The notes below the pieces were generated by a model. That model made no database searches and had not been told where the DNA came from. It was given only the letters and a program-made list of their open reading frames with translations. A stretch of 64,000 nt of DNA, from positions 88,312 through 152,311 of the forward strand of contig NZ_RQZG01000007.1 of NCBI RefSeq assembly GCF_003859805.1, in the 5' to 3' direction. The DNA is from Arachnia propionica (GTDB taxonomy: Bacteria; Actinomycetota; Actinomycetes; Propionibacteriales; Propionibacteriaceae). Position 1 is the stretch's first letter; each line of letters opens with the position of its first letter. The translations under genes and the position numbers were made by a program. Below, one piece after another: positions 58,815 to 64,000 of this stretch.

Positions 58815-59792
58815 CTAGTACTGCAGGGACTGGTCGACGGCGTCGAGGATGCGGTCGATGCCGGGCAGGAATTCCTGCTCGACCCGGGCGGGCGGGTAGG
58901 GCATGTCGTAGCCGGTGACCCGCTTCACGGGGGCCTCCATCTGGTAGAAGAGGTCCTCGTGGAGGCGGGCCGCGATCTCGGCGCCCAGCCCCAGGGTGCG
59001 GGGGGCCTCGTGCACGACGACGGCGCGGCGGGTGCGTCGTACGGAGGCGGTGAGGCTCACCCAGTCGACGGGGGCGAGGGTGCGCAGGTCCACCACCTCC
59101 AGGCTGGTGCCCTCCTGCTCCGCGACGGCGGCCGCGTCGAGGCAGGTGCGCACCATCGGTCCCCACGCCAGCAGCGTGACGTCCTGGCCGGAGCGCACCA
59201 CCTCCGCCTGGTGGAGGGGTGCGGGACGGCGTTCGGCGGCGACGGTGCCCTTGGTGTGGTAGCGACGTTTCGGTTCGAGGAAGATCACCGGGTCGGGGCT
59301 GGCGATGGCCTGTTGGATCATCCAGTAGCCGTCGTGCGGGGTGGCGGGTGAGACCACCTTCAGCCCGGGGGTGTGGCAGAAGTAGGCCTCGGGGGATTCG
59401 GAGTGGTGCTCGACGGCACCGATGCCACCGCCGTAGGGGATGCGGATCACCATGGGCACGGGTTGTCTGCCGGCGGTTCGGGCGTGGAGTTTCGCCACCT
59501 GGGTGACGATCTGGTCGAAGGCGGGGAAGACGAAGCCGTCGAACTGGATCTCGACGACGGGGCGGTAGCCGCGCATCGCCAGGCCGACGGCGGTGCCGAC
59601 GATGCCGGACTCGGCCAGCGGGGAGTCGATGACGCGGTTGGGGCCGAATTCAGCCTGGAGGCCTTCGGTGACGCGGAACACCCCGCCGAGCTGGCCGATG
59701 TCCTCCCCGGCCAGCAGCACCTTGGGGTCGGCCTGGAGGGCGCGGCGCAGTCCTGCGTTGATGGCCCTCGCCAAGCTCAGTTGCTGGCTCAT
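58815..59792 (-). CDS. 2-oxoacid dehydrogenase E1 component beta subunit
   Basis: Transketolase-like pyrimidine-binding and C-terminal domains. RBS GAGGAGGAG before ATG. Start overlaps the E1alpha stop. Confidence 0.9.
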   Translation of the reverse strand: MSQQLSLARAINAGLRRALQADPKVLLAGEDIGQLGGVFRVTEGLQAEFGPNRVIDSPLAESGIVGTAVGLAMRGYRPVVEIQFDGFVFPAFDQIVTQVAKLHARTAGRQPVPMVIRIPYGGGIGAVEHHSESPEAYFCHTPGLKVVSPATPHDGYWMIQQAIASPDPVIFLEPKRRYHTKGTVAAERRPAPLHQAEVVRSGQDVTLLAWGPMVRTCLDAAAVAEQEGTSLEVVDLRTLAPVDWVSLTASVRRTRRAVVVHEAPRTLGLGAEIAARLHEDLFYQMEAPVKRVTGYDMPYPPARVEQEFLPGIDRILDAVDQSLQY

Positions 59793-60883
59793 TACTCCTC
59801 CTCGGCCGCCCAAGCGGCGTGTTCTCGGCGCTGTGCCTCCAGCGCGACGGTGTTCTCGGCGTGGACGTTGTCGAAGAGTTCGTCCATGGTCAGGTCCCGC
59901 AACGTCGGGATGGCGGCGCGGATGTCGGCCCCGAACTGGCGGGCCTCCTCGTCGAGTCCGGCCAGCCAGGCGTCGTCGATGAGTCCTGCGGTGCGCAGGT
60001 GGGTGGTCAGCCGGGTGATGGGGTCGCGTCCCGCCCAGCTGCGGGTCTCCTCGTCGGCCCGGTACTTGGTGGGGTCGTCGGAGGTGGTGTGGGCGCCCAT
60101 GCGGTAGGTGAAGGCCTCGATGAAGGTGGGGCCCTCCCCTCGGTGGGCACGCTCCAGGGCCCAGCGGGTGACGGCGTGGACGGCGAGCACGTCGTTGCCG
60201 TCGACGCGGACGCCGGGGAAGCCGAAGCCGTGGGCACGCTGGTAGAGGGGGATGCGGGACTGCAGGGCGATGGGTTCGGAGATGGCCCACTGGTTGTTCT
60301 GGCAGAAGAACACGACAGGGGCGTTGTAGCTGGCGGCGAAGACGTAAGCCTCGTTGACGTCGCCCTGGGAGCTGGCGCCGTCGCCGTGGTAGGCGATGGT
60401 CGCGGCGTTGGGGCCGTCCTGGTTGCCGACGAGACCGTCGAGCTGGAGCCCCATGGCGTAGCCGGTGGCGTGGAGGGTCTGGGAGCCGATGATGATCTGG
60501 TAGTTGCGGAACCGGTCGAGGTGGTCCCAGGCCCCGGCGTCGGAGCCGCGGAACAGGGCGAGGAGTTGCTGGAAGGGAAGCCCCAGGGTGAGGAAGACGG
60601 CGTGTTCCCGGTAGGTGGGGAAGACGACGTCGAGGTCGCCGAGGGCGTGGGCCGATCCCACCTGGGCGGCTTCCTGGCCGAGAACCGGGGGCCAGAGGCC
60701 CAGTTCGCCGTGGCGTTGCAGGGCGGTCGCCTCGGTGTCGAAACGTCTGGCCAGCACCATGTCCCGCAGCCAGGCGGGCAGGTCCTCGTCGGGGCGTTCG
60801 AAGGTGAACTCGTCGTGCTCGCGTCGCTCGCCCTCGGGGGTGAGCAGCTGCACCATCTCGGTGGACATCGCCGCTTCGGTCAT
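59792..60883 (-). CDS. 2-oxoacid dehydrogenase E1 component alpha subunit (TPP-dependent)
   Basis: TPP-binding GDGASSQGDVNEA...NN. RBS GGGAGG before the MTEAAM start. Confidence 0.9.
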   Translation of the reverse strand: MTEAAMSTEMVQLLTPEGERREHDEFTFERPDEDLPAWLRDMVLARRFDTEATALQRHGELGLWPPVLGQEAAQVGSAHALGDLDVVFPTYREHAVFLTLGLPFQQLLALFRGSDAGAWDHLDRFRNYQIIIGSQTLHATGYAMGLQLDGLVGNQDGPNAATIAYHGDGASSQGDVNEAYVFAASYNAPVVFFCQNNQWAISEPIALQSRIPLYQRAHGFGFPGVRVDGNDVLAVHAVTRWALERAHRGEGPTFIEAFTYRMGAHTTSDDPTKYRADEETRSWAGRDPITRLTTHLRTAGLIDDAWLAGLDEEARQFGADIRAAIPTLRDLTMDELFDNVHAENTVALEAQRREHAAWAAEEE

Positions 60884-61108
60884 TCGGCCTCCCATCACAA
60901 ACCTACGCTTCCGTAGCCTACGCTCCCGTAGGTTGACGCCGGGGGTGGGCGCCCCACAACATCCCGGCTCTCTTTTGTGGGATTCCACCATCCCAGCGCC
61001 CACCCGGGGCGCCTCGGCGTCATCCTTTTGGTCGTCGCACTGGGTGGGGGTGGTGGTTCACGTTTAGGGTGTCGGGGTCACGGCTTCGCGGCGAGAGGGG
61101 TCCTGAGG

Positions 61109-61504
61109 ATGACACAGTGGCAGATTGATCCTGCTGGGGTGCAGGGTGTGCTGGAGCGCGCCAGGGTGGCTCAGGAGGAGTTGGGCACGGCGTTGGACCC
61201 GGGGAGTTTCGACGCCCCGGTGGCGGCGTTGTCATGGTGCCCGGAGTTGACCGGTGGGATTCCGGAGGCGTTGGGGCTGGTGCTGGAGTCCCGGCTCGGG
61301 GAGTTCAAGGCGATCGTGAACCATGTCTCGGCCGGGATCGTGGGGGTGACCGCGGCGTCGAACACGTACCTGGACGCGCAGACCGAGATGGACGCCTCGG
61401 TGCGTGCGACGCAGGCGTCGCAGGTGGAGGAGGAGATGATGCGGGCGGCCGAGACGGGGAACTTCTCGTTCTTCGAGAAGATGGCCACCGGGGAGTCGTC
61501 GTGA
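61109..61504 (+). CDS. Small helical protein (DUF6507-like?), upstream partner of the large effector-like gene
   Basis: RBS GAGGA before ATG 61109. 132 aa, MTQWQIDPAGVQGVL.... Its stop TGA overlaps the GTG start of the next ORF (GTGA). Confidence 0.55.
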   Translation: MTQWQIDPAGVQGVLERARVAQEELGTALDPGSFDAPVAALSWCPELTGGIPEALGLVLESRLGEFKAIVNHVSAGIVGVTAASNTYLDAQTEMDASVRATQASQVEEEMMRAAETGNFSFFEKMATGESS

Positions 61505-64000
61505 GTGATGGGCTGATCGATCCTGATGCCTTCGTGTGCCGGGCCGAGGGGTTGGATCCGGATGCGATCTTCGAGGCCGGTTCCCAGATCTGGGCCGTCG
61601 GCTCGAACATCTCGGACAAGGTGCATGCGGTTGACGGGGTGTGGCAGGAGCTGCGTGGGGTGTACCGCTCACCGGATGAGGAGATGGTCTACGGGGTGAT
61701 GAAGCGTGCGACCTGGCCTGCGGCGTTGATCCGTGCGGACCTGGTCGCGGCCGCGAAGGCGATCCGGGACTTCGCCGAGGAGTTGCGGGCGATCAAGCCC
61801 GCGTTGGAGCAGGTTGAGCAGGAGGCCCGTGCGTTCCGTGCTGAGGCGCTGGAAGGGTATCTGGAGCTTGTCGGGAACATCTACGACAGCCGGAATGCTG
61901 CTGATCATGATCCGGCGGAGTTGGCCCAGATGGGGTTGTTCGAGGGGCCGCTGCGGCAGCAGAAGACACACTGGAAACGGCATCAGCACGCGGTGGACAC
62001 CAACAATGAGCTGTTGGCCCGTTACAACCAGTTGTTCGAGCAGGTGCTCAACGCCGCGCGGAGCTGTGAGAACGCGATCCGTCGTTTGGGTTCTCACCAT
62101 GAGACCTGTCTGGCCCCGGCACCGGGTTTGGATGAGGGGTTCCACGAGTTGGGGGAGTATCCGTGGGGCACGAAGGTCGAACGCACGTCCCGTCATGCTG
62201 GTGAGTCGATCATGCGTGGCGCCGGAAACGTCATCAAGGGTGGGTTCTATGGATTCATGGCTCACCTCGGGATGGACCAGGAGGGCAGGTTCTCCTTGGA
62301 CACCATGGGGCAGACGTGGCATGCCACCGGGCATTTCTGGTGGCTGACCGGCGAGGTGGTGATCCGGGGTTTCGGGGTTCAGAGGATCGGTGAGGAGGAT
62401 CCGGAGTACACGGCGAAACTCAATGAGGCCGCAACCTTGTGGGGCGACATGATCAAGTGGGACCACCAGGCCCACCTCGCTGGGGAGAATGGTTGGCACG
62501 CCTATGAGGAGGATCCGGTCCAGGCCTGGACCGAGACCATTCTGGGCGCCGGTGTGGTGGGTGCCGGGTCCAAGCTCCTGCTTCGCGGTGCCAGGGTTCC
62601 CCGCGGCCTGCCCTCACACCTGGCCCCCGGGATCGAGCACGTCGCGAAGACCGTGGACACCCTCACCCAACCACTGCACCGTTTCCGGCAAGGGGTCACG
62701 CGTTTCGGTGTCGACCACGTGATCACCCCCTTGGAGGAACGGCTGCGCCACGTGGCCAGCCAGGCCAAGCATGGTCTGGAGAACCTCACCGACCCCTGGC
62801 GCAACACCGTCCCGGCCGGGGCACACACACGTGGCGGAGGCGGGGCGTGGAACGACCACACCACCTTCAATCAGGCCCACAATCACCACGGCGGTGGCCA
62901 TCACACCCCGGACCTCGATCAACCCACGCCCAGACGAGCCGCACCACCCATCGACATCGACACCCCGGACGCCGAACCACCGAGGCGGACCGACCGCTAC
63001 GGCAACGACCTCTCCGTGGACCACAAGGGCGATCCCGTCATCCAGGACCGAGGCGACGGCCGACTCCACTACGCCAGCGACCCAGAAGGCACCTTCCGGG
63101 ACACCGACAACCCGGACAACCTCCGCAACCCGGGCGGGAAGTTCAACGAGAACCCCTACGCCCCACCACCGGGAGAGATCACACACCCCGCCACCTGGCA
63201 AGGAGAACTCACCGACCAACCACTCAGCAACATCTATGACAACGCACACCAGCTCACCGAATCGTGGGACGCCGCCCGCGACGCCGCAGCCAAAGCCCGC
63301 GACGCAGCAGCAGGCACCCCCCAAGCTGTCAAACGATGGATCCCAGAAGCCGAAAACCTCACAAACAAAGAACTGATACAGGAGCTAACAAACAGAATTG
63401 ATGAGGGAGATTTAGATCCTTCGACACAAGCCCACCTCGAGACCCAGCGAGACATACTTAGGCATACAACCGAAAAAGATAGCCTTCTACGTAAAATCTC
63501 AGAATGGGCAGGCGACTATGGAGGCCAGAGGCATCTCGAGTCGCAGGGGCGTCAGGTAATCTCCGGACGCGCCGGGGAATCCCCCGATACGCATGTCTCT
63601 CCTGGGAGGGACGAGTTGGACCAGACCGGGATCAGCGGCCCGGACATCACGCCCCCAGAGGCCGGGAAAGACACCCCACGGCCAAAACGCTACGAGATCA
63701 CCTTCCAGGAGAACAAGGGCGGCAACATCAGCAAGACCCAACTCGGTACCCGAGGCGGCGCACAACAAGGCTCACTACCCTACCTCACATCCATCCTCGA
63801 AGCCCAGAACCCCAACGGCCGCTTCCTGGGCGACCTCAAGCGCCTCAAGACCTCAGGACAGTACCCAGGCTTCTTCAAAGCCCTCGAACGCGGAGAGGTC
63901 ATCGTCCGCTACCAGTACACCAACACCCGCACCAACGGCACCCTCCGCACCGGAGAATTCAACCTCGGACCAGAGGTACGGCTACACTGGGACGGCAACA
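61501..64000 (+). CDS. Large (>830 aa, 3'-truncated by window) secreted/polymorphic-toxin-like protein
   Basis: Manual translation from the GTG at 61501 runs without any stop to the window end (VSDGLIDPDAFVCRAEGLDPDAIFEAGSQIWAVGS...). GC3 is high as in bona fide genes, except for an AT-rich patch at ~63340..63520. It is missing from the ORF track, presumably because no stop codon occurs in the window. Confidence 0.6.
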   Translation, partial: MSDGLIDPDAFVCRAEGLDPDAIFEAGSQIWAVGSNISDKVHAVDGVWQELRGVYRSPDEEMVYGVMKRATWPAALIRADLVAAAKAIRDFAEELRAIKPALEQVEQEARAFRAEALEGYLELVGNIYDSRNAADHDPAELAQMGLFEGPLRQQKTHWKRHQHAVDTNNELLARYNQLFEQVLNAARSCENAIRRLGSHHETCLAPAPGLDEGFHELGEYPWGTKVERTSRHAGESIMRGAGNVIKGGFYGFMAHLGMDQEGRFSLDTMGQTWHATGHFWWLTGEVVIRGFGVQRIGEEDPEYTAKLNEAATLWGDMIKWDHQAHLAGENGWHAYEEDPVQAWTETILGAGVVGAGSKLLLRGARVPRGLPSHLAPGIEHVAKTVDTLTQPLHRFRQGVTRFGVDHVITPLEERLRHVASQAKHGLENLTDPWRNTVPAGAHTRGGGGAWNDHTTFNQAHNHHGGGHHTPDLDQPTPRRAAPPIDIDTPDAEPPRRTDRYGNDLSVDHKGDPVIQDRGDGRLHYASDPEGTFRDTDNPDNLRNPGGKFNENPYAPPPGEITHPATWQGELTDQPLSNIYDNAHQLTESWDAARDAAAKARDAAAGTPQAVKRWIPEAENLTNKELIQELTNRIDEGDLDPSTQAHLETQRDILRHTTEKDSLLRKISEWAGDYGGQRHLESQGRQVISGRAGESPDTHVSPGRDELDQTGISGPDITPPEAGKDTPRPKRYEITFQENKGGNISKTQLGTRGGAQQGSLPYLTSILEAQNPNGRFLGDLKRLKTSGQYPGFFKALERGEVIVRYQYTNTRTNGTLRTGEFNLGPEVRLHWDGN

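Noticed and set aside
61669-63324. Minus-strand ORFs 61669..62499, 62502..62870 and 62614..63324
   Set aside because: They are antisense to the long, stop-free + frame starting at 61501, which has a coherent translation and high GC3. The minus frames give Arg/Pro/Gly-rich translations.

Overview
This is a high-GC (~68-70%) actinobacterial chromosomal segment. A partial integrated mobile element at the 5' end is joined to a conserved housekeeping backbone. No tRNA, rRNA or CRISPR arrays were recognised.

Mobile element (1..~7060): it ends with a large serine recombinase whose start codon sits 9 nt from the 3' end of ychF. Its cargo is a co-directional defence/anti-defence block: a fused PD-(D/E)xK-nuclease/N6-adenine methyltransferase (BcgI-like RM subunit), a two-TRD specificity subunit, an XRE HTH regulator and an ArdA antirestriction protein.

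Backbone genes called:
- ychF, M18 aminopeptidase, rmuC, ilvA, ispH
- alpha/beta hydrolase with a divergent TetR regulator
- xseAB, uppS-family prenyltransferase, two tandem TAP-like hydrolases
- PSP1(RicT)-holB-tmk, CYTH/CHAD protein, topA, an NPPY methyltransferase
- an actinobacterial tad-like helicase/secretion neighbourhood (Flp/TadE-like genes, DEAD-box/DUF1998 helicase, TadC/TadB/TadA/Ssd)
- NUDIX-nth-ridA-DUF4177-whiB, a divergent WhiB-like/HTH fusion, HAD hydrolase, SPFH protein, serS, pheA, aat, EcsC-like protein, alr
- a 2-oxoacid dehydrogenase E1alpha/E1beta/E2 operon

Observations of most interest:
- An ~830-codon open reading frame runs off the 3' end of the window (61501..64000+). 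The ORF track missed it, presumably because it has no stop codon in the window. It is translationally coupled to a small upstream gene and contains a sharply AT-rich, rare-codon patch, so it looks like a polymorphic-toxin/secreted-effector locus.
- A ~100-nt element with a loop-variable hairpin is present three times in intergenic regions within 3.5 kb.
- Two diverged membrane-protein paralogues flank an ICMT-family methyltransferase.
- An AT-rich divergent control region with a perfect palindrome lies between two WhiB-like genes.
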